A DNA stretch of 41,283 nucleotides from a virus. Its lineage: Duplodnaviria > Caudoviricetes. Positions within the stretch are counted from its first letter, which is position 1; the number at the start of each line of letters is the position of its first letter. Below are positions 1-9,315 of the stretch, one piece after another. The notes below the pieces were generated by a model, which worked only from the letters and a program-made list of their open reading frames with translations, had not been told where the DNA came from and did no database searches. Both the position numbers and the translations under genes were made by a program. The stretch spans positions 1 through 41,283 of IMG/VR virus record IMGVR_UViG_3300032253_000010; one strand, 5' to 3'.

Positions 1-647
1 TGGATCTGCTTTTAGAACAGGGAAAAATTGACTGGGATACTTACAGTCGTGCTGTGTTTAATGCTAATGAAGAGTTTGATGAGCTTGCTGTAACAGGTTC
101 AGACACCATGAAAGAGCTAATTGCAGCAACACGCGGCTGGGGTGATCAGTTTACCAATACGCTGGCCGATATGGTGCAAACAGGAAAACTTGATTTTAAG
201 AGCCTAGCCGATTCTATTATTAGTGATTTATTGCGTATTGCTATTCAACAAACGATTACTGCACCTTTGTTTGGCGCCATTTTACCAGGTCTTGGTATTG
301 GTATTGGAAGCGCGCACACCGGCGGCATTATTGGCAGTGGAACCGCAGCCATAAAAACCGTAAACCCTGCTGTTTTTTTAGGTGCAAGAAAATACCATAC
401 CGGTGGCATTGCCGGGTTAAAACCCAATGAAGTGCCCACTATTTTGGAACGTGGTGAAGAGGTGCTTACTCGTAACGACCCCCGGCATAAATTAAATCAG
501 GGTGCTACTGGAAAAGTCAGTGTTGAAATTATTAAAAACGGAACACCGGCAGAGGTTACTGACTCGCAGGCATCGGTTGATGTAGACGGTATGGTTGTGA
601 AAGTATTTTTAGATGATTTTAACCGTGGTGGACCTATTCGCCGTGCA
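1..647 (+). repeat. Terminal overlap, copy 1 (matches 40637-41283)
   Basis: Offset 40,636. The first 127 bp are identical, then about 29 substitutions (manual count), almost all synonymous in the tape-measure frame. Confidence 0.97.
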
Positions 648-665
648 ATTAAGGGTTCTGCATAA
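3..665 (+). CDS. Tape measure protein, C-terminal part (5'-partial; continues 39229-41283)
   Basis: Open frame from position 3. Lambda-type TMP C-terminal motifs (GKLDFKSLADSIISDLLRI, YHTGGIAG, EVPTILERGEEVL). In frame with the ORF at the window end via the overlap. Confidence 0.9.
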   Translation, partial: DLLLEQGKIDWDTYSRAVFNANEEFDELAVTGSDTMKELIAATRGWGDQFTNTLADMVQTGKLDFKSLADSIISDLLRIAIQQTITAPLFGAILPGLGIGIGSAHTGGIIGSGTAAIKTVNPAVFLGARKYHTGGIAGLKPNEVPTILERGEEVLTRNDPRHKLNQGATGKVSVEIIKNGTPAEVTDSQASVDVDGMVVKVFLDDFNRGGPIRRAIKGSA

Positions 666-1024
666 TGGCATTTCCGAATTATGGTAAGCACATATTAGCG
701 GGTTTTAGTGAGGCTCCGCAATCACCGGTGCAACGTACTGAAATGGAGGATGGTTTTGTAAAGGAAAGTGAAATTAAAAGCCGGGTGATGGTACCCCGTG
801 ACGTTAACTATTTTTTTACACTCGCTGAATATGCAAACTTTAAAATCTGGTTTAAAGCAGAGGCCCGTGGCGGACTATTCTTTGACTGGACCGACCCGAT
901 AGATGGTGCTGTAAAACAAATGCGCCTGGTAAGCAGCCTTTACTCAACTAAATTTACTTCGCAGGGTGATGGCGCTGAGCTAGGTGCACAGGTGAGCTTT
1001 ACACTTGAAGGTTGGGAAAGCTAA
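665..1024 (+). CDS. Distal/minor tail protein (lambda gpM-like)
   Basis: 119 aa directly after the TMP with a TAATG overlap. RTEMEDG and FFDWTDP motifs. Confidence 0.7.
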   Translation: MAFPNYGKHILAGFSEAPQSPVQRTEMEDGFVKESEIKSRVMVPRDVNYFFTLAEYANFKIWFKAEARGGLFFDWTDPIDGAVKQMRLVSSLYSTKFTSQGDGAELGAQVSFTLEGWES

Positions 1025-1497
1025 TGCCTAGAAATGTTTCATCAAGTTATAAAGATGCGGTTAATAGCAACGCAAAAGAGTTGCCATTAACCCTACTAGA
1101 AATTACGCACTCAGGCTTGGCCATCCCCGTTCGTGTGGTGAATGACACACAGGATATTACTGTGAATGGTAGTGTTTATTCGGCCATGGCATTTCGTGCA
1201 ACCCTGCCAGATGATTTAAGCCAGGGACAACCTCGTGCGCGCCTGGCAATAGATAATGTGGGGCGTGAACTCACGAGCTGGATAGAAAGCACAGGGGGTG
1301 GTAAAGATGCGGAGGTGCGTTTAATGCAGGTGCTGCGCTCTGATCCGGATGTATTAGAAATTGATATTACCCTGGGGCTTGATGATGTAAGCATGACGCA
1401 AATTGAAGTAAGCGGTGTGCTGAGCTTTGATGATATTTTAAACCGGCCTGCGGTTACAGTAAATTACCGCCCTGAAATTGCTCCGGGGTTATTTTAA
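1024..1497 (+). CDS. Tail tip protein (DUF1833/gpL-like)
   Basis: LLEITH..PVRVVND..F..TLPDD..P.ARLAIDNV motif. ATG at 1024 overlaps the upstream stop (ORF track starts at 1012). Confidence 0.75.
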   Translation: MPRNVSSSYKDAVNSNAKELPLTLLEITHSGLAIPVRVVNDTQDITVNGSVYSAMAFRATLPDDLSQGQPRARLAIDNVGRELTSWIESTGGGKDAEVRLMQVLRSDPDVLEIDITLGLDDVSMTQIEVSGVLSFDDILNRPAVTVNYRPEIAPGLF

Positions 1498-1889
1498 TGC
1501 CTGACGTTTATTTACATTGGGCGAGTAAGTATGTAGGTACCCCCTACAGTGAGTACGACTGTGCAGAGCTTGCTGTACATGTGCTGCACGAACAGTTTGG
1601 GCGTGAGATTAATTTGCCAACGACTCGTGGCGCAGGTGTTCGCGGTATATCAAATCAGATTAGTGATTTACAAAGTGATTTTGCCGATGAAACGAGTGAA
1701 CCTGCTGAGGGTGATGCGGTGCTAATGCGAAGCCGGGGGCGCATTAATCACATTGGAATTTATTGTTATGCAAACGGTGAGCCCAGTGTCTTGCACGCAA
1801 TGCGAAATACTGGGTGCACCTGTTTACATAAGCTGCGCGAGTTACAAAACTTAGGCTTAGTGCTTGAGGGGTTTTATCGGTGGAAGTAA
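1497..1889 (+). CDS. NlpC/P60 tail assembly protein (gpK-like, no JAB domain)
   Basis: YVGTPY..YDCAEL (Cys), HIGIY (His), VLHA. Only 130 aa. Lies between the gpL- and gpJ-like genes. Confidence 0.85.
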   Translation: MPDVYLHWASKYVGTPYSEYDCAELAVHVLHEQFGREINLPTTRGAGVRGISNQISDLQSDFADETSEPAEGDAVLMRSRGRINHIGIYCYANGEPSVLHAMRNTGCTCLHKLRELQNLGLVLEGFYRWK

Positions 1890-4800
1890 TGCCCGAAAAC
1901 TCAGTGTCTAAAAATGAACTTGCGCCAATAAAACAGCCTCGACTGGTGTATAGCCCACACCCCATTTCAGCTGCGGCAAACCGGCAAATAATTTCATTTC
2001 CTTTTTTACCTGATGAATCAATTGAAGATTATTTACTACGGGTGGGCATTGAATTTAATACGCCTGTAATTCTGCAGTTAAATGATCGGCGCATCGATGT
2101 TGAGCAGTGGTCCAGTGTTGTGCCTAAAAGCGGCGACCTGATTACCATACGGGCATTGGTGCAGGGCGGCGGTGAAGGTGGCTCAGATCCATTGCGCATT
2201 ATTTTAACGATTGGCGTACTGGCATTGTCGCAGGGCACACTGGCGGGTTGGGTTGGTTTTATGACGGGAACCAGTGCGGCTGTGGGAACCGCTGTTGTTG
2301 CTATAGGCGGTCTGTTACTGGTTAACGCATTGGTGCCCATTCCGGAGCCGCCGGATTTTGGTGATAACACCAGCCCAACTTATTCAATAACCAATGGCGC
2401 TAACCGAGCGCGGCTTTTTCAGCCGCTAAGTTTGGTAATGGGCACGCATAAAGTGGTGGCTGATTTAGGAGTAAAACCCTATACAGAAATAAGGGGCGAA
2501 GATCAGTATTTATTTCAGGTGTTTCATTTTGGTTTAAGTGATTTGATATTAAGCAATTATCAAATTGGTGATACGCCCATTACCAGTTTTGAAGACGTTG
2601 TTATTGAGGAAAGTTTAGAGGCGCAGGGTGGCAAGTTGAATTTGTTTCCAGCCAATGTTGATACTGTACCCGGCGGTACGCTTGAGCTTGATAACACATG
2701 GGTGCAACGCACGACCTCTATTAATACCACCTCGATTGGCATTGATATTAACGGATTGATTTTTTATACCGGCAAAAAGGGATTTCAGGCCTTAAGAGTA
2801 ACGTTGCTTTTTGAATACAGGCTGGTTGGCTCTTCTACCTGGTTAAATTTAACTACATGGATAATCGCTAATGACACCCGCACCCCTTATAGAATTGGAT
2901 TAAAGTTTGATGTTCCGGAGGGGCAATATGAAGTGCGCGGGCAATATGTTGACGCAACATTGCCAGGCACAAGTTGTGAGTATGACGTAGATCAAGAACG
3001 CATTTGTACTACGGTTTATAACCCAGTCGACCCGGATACAAATACGAATGCAAGTGCCGTTATTACGTGGTCTGGTTTGCGCAGTTATCAGCCTGATACG
3101 GCAACATACCGAGACCAGAAGCGAGTGGCCGTTAGTATAAAAGCCAGTGGTCAATTACAGGGACAAATTGAACAGTTTAATGCGATTGCTAGTGCCCAGT
3201 GCCCAGTATGGAATGGTAGTGCATGGGTGACACAGGAAACCAGTAACCCAGCATGGTGGTTTTTGTGGTTTGCCCGCGGAAAATTTAGGAACGGGGTGCG
3301 TTTGTTTGGGGCGGGGCTGCCCGACAGCCGTATTGATATCGCGGCGATTCAGGCGTGGGCCGTGTGGTGTGATGCCAAAGGGCTGACCTTTAATGCAGTG
3401 ATAGACCGAACCATGAACTGCCAGCAAGTGCTGCAACTTATTGCCCGCGCTGGGCGTGCCGCCCCTACCTGGGCAACGGGTACATTAGGCGCGGTATGGG
3501 ATGCAGAAAATCAGGGCCCGATAACGATGTTTGGCATGGGCAATATTGTGCGCAGCTCTTTTCAGGTAAGTTACTTAACCGGGCGTGTTGCTGATGAGGT
3601 GGTGGTTAATTTTATTAACCCAAATAACGCATGGCAACCTGACACTGTGCGTTCACCGGTACCGGGTGTAACTAACCCGCAAAACCCGGTAACCATTGAT
3701 TTATTTGGTTGCACGTCTGAAGTAATGGCGGGGCGTGAAGCTAACTTGATTGCTGCTGAGCAGGCTTACAGGCGCAGGCTAATTACGTTTGAAACTGATT
3801 TGCAAAGCATGGTAGTACAACGCGGTGACGTGGTCACACTGAGCCACGATTTAACGCAATGGGGCGCCAGTGGCCGACTATTGGCTGGCACAACTACAGT
3901 GTTGCAATTAAGCCGCCCTATAACCATGACCATTGCCATTACAAACTACATTGGCGTGCGTTATCCAAATGGTGATTATGATATTTATGATTTGGTTTAT
4001 GCCGCGGGCGAAGTAAGTAGTGTTACGTTGGCAACGCCACTGCCCAGTGCACCTGATGATGATGCAAGCCACCGACCAGAAGACTATTTATTTGTGTTTG
4101 AGCCTCAGGCTACGCCTGGCAAGTTAGTGAAAATAACAGACATTCGCCCACTGTCGGCGAATAAGATGAAAATTAGTGTCACTGATGAAGATCCGAATTA
4201 TTACCTGGCTGAGTTTAACGCTTATACCTATGTGCCACCGGCTACTTTTGGTGCAAACCTGCCGACTATTTCTAATGTAGAAGTGGGTGACACGTTGATA
4301 CGTGCCGGTTCTGGATTTGGTGTGCGCGTTGGTGTGGTGTGGGATGTTACCGGTGAGTATGGAGGTGCGACTATTCGGGTTGCAAACTATCAGCAGCCAC
4401 TGCGTGAAATGGGTAAAACACTTGGACGGCGTTTTGAGTTTGACTGGAATGCAGAGGGCAATATAGATATTGAAATTACGCTGGCTAATTTAAAAGGTCA
4501 GTTCGGCACCAATAGCCGCTTTACTAAACAATACATTATCCAGGGAAAAACGGCATTGCCTGATGATGTGGCTATATTTAATGCATCGTTACAGGATTTT
4601 TCAATTAAATTAGATTGGGAACCGGTGGCAGATGTTGATGTGAATGAGTATGAAATTCGTTCGGGCGCTGATTGGGCCAACTCTACTTTGCTCGTTAATG
4701 TTAATTCAACTGAATATTTGCACCCTATGGCTGTGGCGGGTGTTTATGATTTTGTTATTAAAGCAAAAGACACCTCTTCAAATTATTCCTTAAATGCGTT

Positions 4801-6079
4801 TACCACTCAAATAACGATTAGCTCGCCGAACCAACCTGCGGTAAGCAGCCGATTTCAGGGTGAAAATTATGTTTTAAGCTGGACCGCCGCCGCGGGTTCT
4901 TTTGCTGTGGCTGAATATGAAATTCGCACAGGGGCCAACTGGGCAAGTGGTACCTTTGTGGCCAGTATTAAAAGCACGTCTTATTCTGAGCGTGTTGATT
5001 TTTCCGGTACTAAACAATTTTGGATTGCGGCTATTGATGCGGTGGGTAATTACAGTGGTGCATCTAATATTGATATTGTTATAGGCAATGCGCCCACGGT
5101 AACTATTGTGGCTGAGGTTATTGATAACAACGTGCTATTGCGGTGGGATGAAGTGTCGGGCACGTTGCCCATTAAGTTTTATGAAATTAGGCGGGGGGCT
5201 GTGTTTGCCACGGCCACAACGCTACAAACAGTTAATGGCACCTTTGCTTCGTTTTTTGAAAACCAGAGTGGGGCTTACATTTACTGGGTGGTTGCTGTTG
5301 ATAGTGCTGGAAATTATGGCACAGAAATTTCAATTGCTACAAATGTAAATGAGCCACCTGATTACCAGTTAAATATTGATTGGTACAGTGTTTTTGATGG
5401 TGCTAAAACCAGCGCGTTAATTATGTTGAACGGTGATTTATTAGTGCCGGTGGATATTGCAACTAATTACCAGAATCACTTTTTAAATAACGGTTATAAC
5501 TCGCCGCAAGATCAAATTAATGCTGGGTTTTTACATTTTATTCAGCCTTCAGTTACCTCTGCTGTGTATGAGGAGGAATTTGATTACGAAGCTGTGTTGC
5601 CTGCTACTTTAATTAAGGCAGCATTAAGCACCACGGTTATTACCGGGGCTATTTCCATTACACCTACACTTTCAACTCGCAAGTTACTTACCGATGCCTG
5701 GGACGATAATGTAAATGTATGGCAAATTTTTGCCACTGATTTCAGGTATGTAAAAGTAAGACTTGATTTTGCGGCTGCAGGAGGAGACGACCTGTTGCAG
5801 TGCCACAGCTTAAATGTGCGCCTTGATACAAAATTAATTAATGATGCGGGTAGCGGCACGGCTAATGCCGGGGATGCGGGTGGCACTACCGTTAGCTTGA
5901 ACAAAACTTTTATTGATGTTGAATCCATAACGGTTTCACCCAACACCACGTCATCTGTAACAGCAGTTTATAATTTTACTGATGCACCTAATCCAACCAC
6001 GTTTAAGGTTTTATTATTTGATTCGAACACGGGCTCTCGTGTAAGCGGCGACTTCTCGTGGAGCGCAAAGGGGTTTTAA
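1889..6079 (+). CDS. Central tail fibre/host-specificity protein (gpJ-like) with an N-terminal gpI-like ubiquitin-like domain and FN3-like repeats
   Basis: About 1396 aa. N-terminal GDLITIRALVQGGG followed by hydrophobic helices (gpI-like). SNPAW and QRGDVV.LSHD gpJ motifs. Repeated W..V....YEIR units. Likely start ATG 1889 (TAATG overlap; track gives 1880). Confidence 0.88.
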   Translation: MPENSVSKNELAPIKQPRLVYSPHPISAAANRQIISFPFLPDESIEDYLLRVGIEFNTPVILQLNDRRIDVEQWSSVVPKSGDLITIRALVQGGGEGGSDPLRIILTIGVLALSQGTLAGWVGFMTGTSAAVGTAVVAIGGLLLVNALVPIPEPPDFGDNTSPTYSITNGANRARLFQPLSLVMGTHKVVADLGVKPYTEIRGEDQYLFQVFHFGLSDLILSNYQIGDTPITSFEDVVIEESLEAQGGKLNLFPANVDTVPGGTLELDNTWVQRTTSINTTSIGIDINGLIFYTGKKGFQALRVTLLFEYRLVGSSTWLNLTTWIIANDTRTPYRIGLKFDVPEGQYEVRGQYVDATLPGTSCEYDVDQERICTTVYNPVDPDTNTNASAVITWSGLRSYQPDTATYRDQKRVAVSIKASGQLQGQIEQFNAIASAQCPVWNGSAWVTQETSNPAWWFLWFARGKFRNGVRLFGAGLPDSRIDIAAIQAWAVWCDAKGLTFNAVIDRTMNCQQVLQLIARAGRAAPTWATGTLGAVWDAENQGPITMFGMGNIVRSSFQVSYLTGRVADEVVVNFINPNNAWQPDTVRSPVPGVTNPQNPVTIDLFGCTSEVMAGREANLIAAEQAYRRRLITFETDLQSMVVQRGDVVTLSHDLTQWGASGRLLAGTTTVLQLSRPITMTIAITNYIGVRYPNGDYDIYDLVYAAGEVSSVTLATPLPSAPDDDASHRPEDYLFVFEPQATPGKLVKITDIRPLSANKMKISVTDEDPNYYLAEFNAYTYVPPATFGANLPTISNVEVGDTLIRAGSGFGVRVGVVWDVTGEYGGATIRVANYQQPLREMGKTLGRRFEFDWNAEGNIDIEITLANLKGQFGTNSRFTKQYIIQGKTALPDDVAIFNASLQDFSIKLDWEPVADVDVNEYEIRSGADWANSTLLVNVNSTEYLHPMAVAGVYDFVIKAKDTSSNYSLNAFTTQITISSPNQPAVSSRFQGENYVLSWTAAAGSFAVAEYEIRTGANWASGTFVASIKSTSYSERVDFSGTKQFWIAAIDAVGNYSGASNIDIVIGNAPTVTIVAEVIDNNVLLRWDEVSGTLPIKFYEIRRGAVFATATTLQTVNGTFASFFENQSGAYIYWVVAVDSAGNYGTEISIATNVNEPPDYQLNIDWYSVFDGAKTSALIMLNGDLLVPVDIATNYQNHFLNNGYNSPQDQINAGFLHFIQPSVTSAVYEEEFDYEAVLPATLIKAALSTTVITGAISITPTLSTRKLLTDAWDDNVNVWQIFATDFRYVKVRLDFAAAGGDDLLQCHSLNVRLDTKLINDAGSGTANAGDAGGTTVSLNKTFIDVESITVSPNTTSSVTAVYNFTDAPNPTTFKVLLFDSNTGSRVSGDFSWSAKGF

Positions 6080-6080
6080 T

Positions 6081-6887
6081 ATGGCTAATTGGGGTTTACC
6101 AATACTTGCTAGTTTGTACACAGATTTTTTAAATATTTTAAAAGATAGAGATGATGATTGTGCCAAAATGTTTGATGGGGTGACGGCAAGTAATTTGCCA
6201 GTAAATACCATTCGATGGAGCAGTGCTAATAACTTATGGGAACGCTGGAATGGCTCTGCCTGGAGCGTTTTAACCAATAAGTTTTTAACCAATGTTGATA
6301 CAGTAGATGGTTATCATGCAGAGGCAGCAACAACCTTAACCGGCAATAGAATTGTTACCCGTGATGTTAACGGACGTATACATGCGCAGTATTTGAATGT
6401 GTCTGCGCCGGACACTACGTCAGTAGCGACGAAGATGATGGTTGAGGTGACAAACGATAATTTGACCCGCTGGCAAACGCCGGCACAGTTTCTTATTAAC
6501 AACAGGGCCAATATAAAATCACAGTATGAAGCGAACTCAAATACTAACGCATTTACTGATGCAGAAAAGACCAAGCTTGCCGGTCTTAATGGGAGCTCAG
6601 AGGGTAGTGGAGTATTTTGTGGCCGAGCAACAGGTACAAATAATACGATGATTTCTGGCTCTCCGACAGTTATAAACTGGCCGGTTTCTGGAAGTAGTAC
6701 CGTCGTTACTGTGACACATAATCTTGGCCATACCAATTATATTGTTACGGCAAATGCATTTGGTCCACTTGTCGGCCAACAGACACAAGTTTCAGTTGGC
6801 GCAATGACTTCGACAAGTTTTACATTGGTAGGCCCAGATGCCAGTTTGGGGTTTACCGCTAATTTTACTTTGATTAATTTTAATTAG
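6081..6887 (+). CDS. Tail fibre/receptor-binding protein
   Basis: Follows gpJ. Fibre motifs NVDTVDGYHA and FTDAEKTKLAGL; beta-rich C-terminus (VTVTHNLG). Confidence 0.7.
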   Translation: MANWGLPILASLYTDFLNILKDRDDDCAKMFDGVTASNLPVNTIRWSSANNLWERWNGSAWSVLTNKFLTNVDTVDGYHAEAATTLTGNRIVTRDVNGRIHAQYLNVSAPDTTSVATKMMVEVTNDNLTRWQTPAQFLINNRANIKSQYEANSNTNAFTDAEKTKLAGLNGSSEGSGVFCGRATGTNNTMISGSPTVINWPVSGSSTVVTVTHNLGHTNYIVTANAFGPLVGQQTQVSVGAMTSTSFTLVGPDASLGFTANFTLINFN

Positions 6888-6896
6888 GATAATGAA

Positions 6897-7214
6897 ATGA
6901 AAAAAATATTAATAACCTTTCTAATGACTATATCATTTTCAATATTTGCACAGGATTTTGAGCCACGAAAATGGCGGCTTGGTTTGGGTATAGAGGCGCA
7001 TGATATGTCTGATAGCGTTATGTGGGAAGGTAAAAACACCAGTGCTAAAGTTGAAAACCCGGTGGGTGTTCTGAGATTTGAATATGATCTTTCCATTCGA
7101 AAGCATTTAAATACACCACGAATATCAATGTATGTAGAGCATCGATCGAGTATGTATAAGTCTAATGACGGTACTGGGTATAATGCCCTTGGGATAATAT
7201 TTTTTACTAATTAA
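6897..7214 (+). CDS. Exported hypothetical protein (signal peptide, possible small beta-barrel)
   Basis: MKKILITFLMTISFSIFA signal peptide, amphipathic beta-strand pattern, AGGA RBS. Confidence 0.6.
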   Translation: MKKILITFLMTISFSIFAQDFEPRKWRLGLGIEAHDMSDSVMWEGKNTSAKVENPVGVLRFEYDLSIRKHLNTPRISMYVEHRSSMYKSNDGTGYNALGIIFFTN

Positions 7215-7261
7215 ATTTTTAAGTAATTTTAGTACGTTAATTTATTTCATAAAAACGTTTG

Positions 7262-7291
7262 TTGACAATTAAAATAATGAGAACTTATACT
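7262..7291 (+). promoter_or_regulatory. Sigma70-type promoter
   Basis: TTGACA (7262-7267), 18 bp spacer, TATACT (7286-7291), in an AT-rich intergenic region upstream of 7428. Confidence 0.55.
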
Positions 7292-7427
7292 TGAAAGCCT
7301 TAGGCGAAGTAGTGAATTTGAATTATGACGAAATAAGGCGGAAATATTATTTATTGTGACGTGCTGAATTTTTGTGAACTGGTTTAATCAAAATGACTAT
7401 GTAATCTGTAATAAATAGGGAGTTGTT

Positions 7428-7613
7428 TTGTTAAAAGCCGATGATAAAAAGAATGGTAATGTTTATGATTTGAACTCTGGTAAGGCGGTGGCCGCTATTA
7501 AACTAATGCATGAAAGAAAGGTTATTGAGCAAATTCCAGACCCTGAAGACAGAGTTATGAAACTTTTAAGATGGAAAGATGAGGCTAAAAAATATTGGGT
7601 CGATTTTGTTTAA
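7428..7613 (+). CDS. Hypothetical protein (61 aa moron)
   Basis: TTG start preceded by a GGGAG RBS and the candidate promoter. Confidence 0.55.
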   Translation: MLKADDKKNGNVYDLNSGKAVAAIKLMHERKVIEQIPDPEDRVMKLLRWKDEAKKYWVDFV

Positions 7614-8087
7614 CTATTCAAAGTCACTATCTTTAGTGTTTGTGTTTTCTACTTGATTACATACCGAATAATCCGCTTTTACGAAGTCTAACCAGGCTTG
7701 TCTTGTGGCTCCTTTTTTGCTGCTTAATGTGGAATCGAAACTGGTGATTACACCGGCTTTTACTGACGATATATTCTGGTTTTCATCAATTGTTAATTTA
7801 CCAATAACTAATGGGTTTTCACGAAAAGCATAAACATCACATAAAATGTTTTTGTCTGTCATGTTTATACATTCTAAATAGCCTATTGCGGTTCCATTAG
7901 GTGCTGTTGTTCCGCATTTTCTAAAACCAATTTTTATTTTATTTAATATTTTTTCTGGGTTTTCACTTATTTCTTGTTTTTGCCATATAAAATCACTGTC
8001 TTTTAATTGGCCAGCCGGTAAAAAGCAGGATGATATAAATAATGTAGAGAGCAATATTGCCGATATTGTCATTATTTTTATTTTCAT
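7614..8087 (-). CDS. Putative lipoprotein co-transcribed with the repressor
   Basis: Signal peptide ending in FISSC (lipobox-like). Start overlaps the repressor stop (ATGA). Confidence 0.65.
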   Translation of the reverse strand: MKIKIMTISAILLSTLFISSCFLPAGQLKDSDFIWQKQEISENPEKILNKIKIGFRKCGTTAPNGTAIGYLECINMTDKNILCDVYAFRENPLVIGKLTIDENQNISSVKAGVITSFDSTLSSKKGATRQAWLDFVKADYSVCNQVENTNTKDSDFE

Positions 8088-8884
8088 ATCGTGTCCAATG
8101 TCATTAACAAAATATTTTTAGTTATAACTTTACTATGCGTGCGTTGCATGTGCTTGTAAAGCGCGGCAATTACCCTGCTTTTTTGCTCTACTGATAACTT
8201 TATTGTTTCTTCTATACATATTGTTTCTGTTTCTGATATCGCAGTTTTCATTAATTCTAAGTCGACACCATATGTTGGGGCTGTTTCTGCTACTTTGTTT
8301 TCATGGCTTAAGTTGGGATTAAATGGCATTAGGTCATGTGATGCCAGCTTACCATCGTCTCCAAATATTTCCTGATTACTCATTTTCCCGGCGTATAACC
8401 TACGCATAGTAAAGTCATCCGGTGATATTTCGGATACTGAGCAATGGGTGCTTTTTAATATATGCAGCGTTTCTGTATTTATGGGGCCGGCAATAATTTC
8501 TATAGCCGTGTAATCAATATGCTTTTTACCGACCAACATGGTAGTGGGTAGAGTAAGAATAATGGCAGGGTATATGTGGTTTTTTAAAACAAGAACTTCC
8601 CATTTTTCGTCATCAATATAATTACTTAAGGTTTCGGCAGTTTCTTCATCTGTAAAGCTATGGTGCACCATATAAGTCTCACCAGAACCTTCGATTAACC
8701 AGGTGAGCGATACATTTTCAGCTTTGCATATAGGGATTAGTTTTTCTGAAGCGGGTAATTCGCCGTCAAATAACCTTGCAACAAGGCCATGACTTAACCC
8801 AAGGGACTTTCCCCAAGGGTGTTTTTTTCTATTACCCAGCAAATATTCCATTCTTTCAGAAAATAAATTAACAAATTTGGACAT
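8084..8884 (-). CDS. CI-like HTH repressor (no recognisable S24 peptidase)
   Basis: N-terminal HTH (WGKSLGLSHGLVARLFDGELP..L..ICKAENVSLTWLIEG), divergent from the cro-like gene. Likely start ATG 8884 (track gives 8938). Confidence 0.75.
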   Translation of the reverse strand: MSKFVNLFSERMEYLLGNRKKHPWGKSLGLSHGLVARLFDGELPASEKLIPICKAENVSLTWLIEGSGETYMVHHSFTDEETAETLSNYIDDEKWEVLVLKNHIYPAIILTLPTTMLVGKKHIDYTAIEIIAGPINTETLHILKSTHCSVSEISPDDFTMRRLYAGKMSNQEIFGDDGKLASHDLMPFNPNLSHENKVAETAPTYGVDLELMKTAISETETICIEETIKLSVEQKSRVIAALYKHMQRTHSKVITKNILLMTLDTI

Positions 8885-8938
8885 TTTTATTTGACAGTAT
8901 CCAAATTTGGATATACCGTGTGATTCATAGTGATTCAT
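8871..8938. promoter_or_regulatory. Immunity switch: rightward promoter with palindromic operator
   Basis: TTGACA 8891-8896, 17 bp, TACCGT 8914-8919. Perfect 16-bp palindrome TATCCAAATTTGGATA (8898-8913) in the spacer. Partial copy CAAATTTGGA at 8872-8881. GTGATTCAT direct repeats at 8920 and 8930. Confidence 0.7.
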
Positions 8939-8974
8939 TCTAACTCACTCTGATACATGGTTAAAGGCAATAAC

Positions 8975-9154
8975 ATGACAGACATAAAAAAGAAAAAGGT
9001 GCCGCTGCTGTTACATGTGGACCCCGCTGTGAAGGATTTGGTTGAAAAATTAGCGGGTATAGATGACCGCAGTATAAGCAGTAAAGGTGAACAAATTCTG
9101 AAGTATGGGTTACAAGCAGATGCGATAGCTGCAGCAGTTGAGGCAGCCGCATAA
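8975..9154 (+). CDS. Cro-position ribbon-helix-helix (Arc-like) regulator
   Basis: KVPLLLHVDPAVKDLVEKLAGIDDRSISSKGEQIL fits the RHH pattern. First gene of the early operon. Confidence 0.7.
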   Translation: MTDIKKKKVPLLLHVDPAVKDLVEKLAGIDDRSISSKGEQILKYGLQADAIAAAVEAAA

Positions 9155-9315
9155 GATGAATTAAAAAGTGGACTAACGAGAGGTGCAACTCCCGTTAGCC
9201 CGATTGAGGGTACTGGCTTGAACACCGTTTCTCCTCCCGTAATAGTTTAATCATTACGGGAGGATCTTACCAGTACCTTGTTTGTATACAACGTGAACAA
9301 GGGGCGTATTTCACA

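Noticed and set aside
1-647. DGR template/variable repeat pair, or a physical terminal repeat
   Set aside because: No reverse transcriptase gene. Differences are synonymous and not adenine-specific. True terminal repeats would be identical.
7213-7427. LexA box in the moron promoter region
   Set aside because: CTGT/CTGG half-sites are present, but I found no CTG-N10-CAG match.
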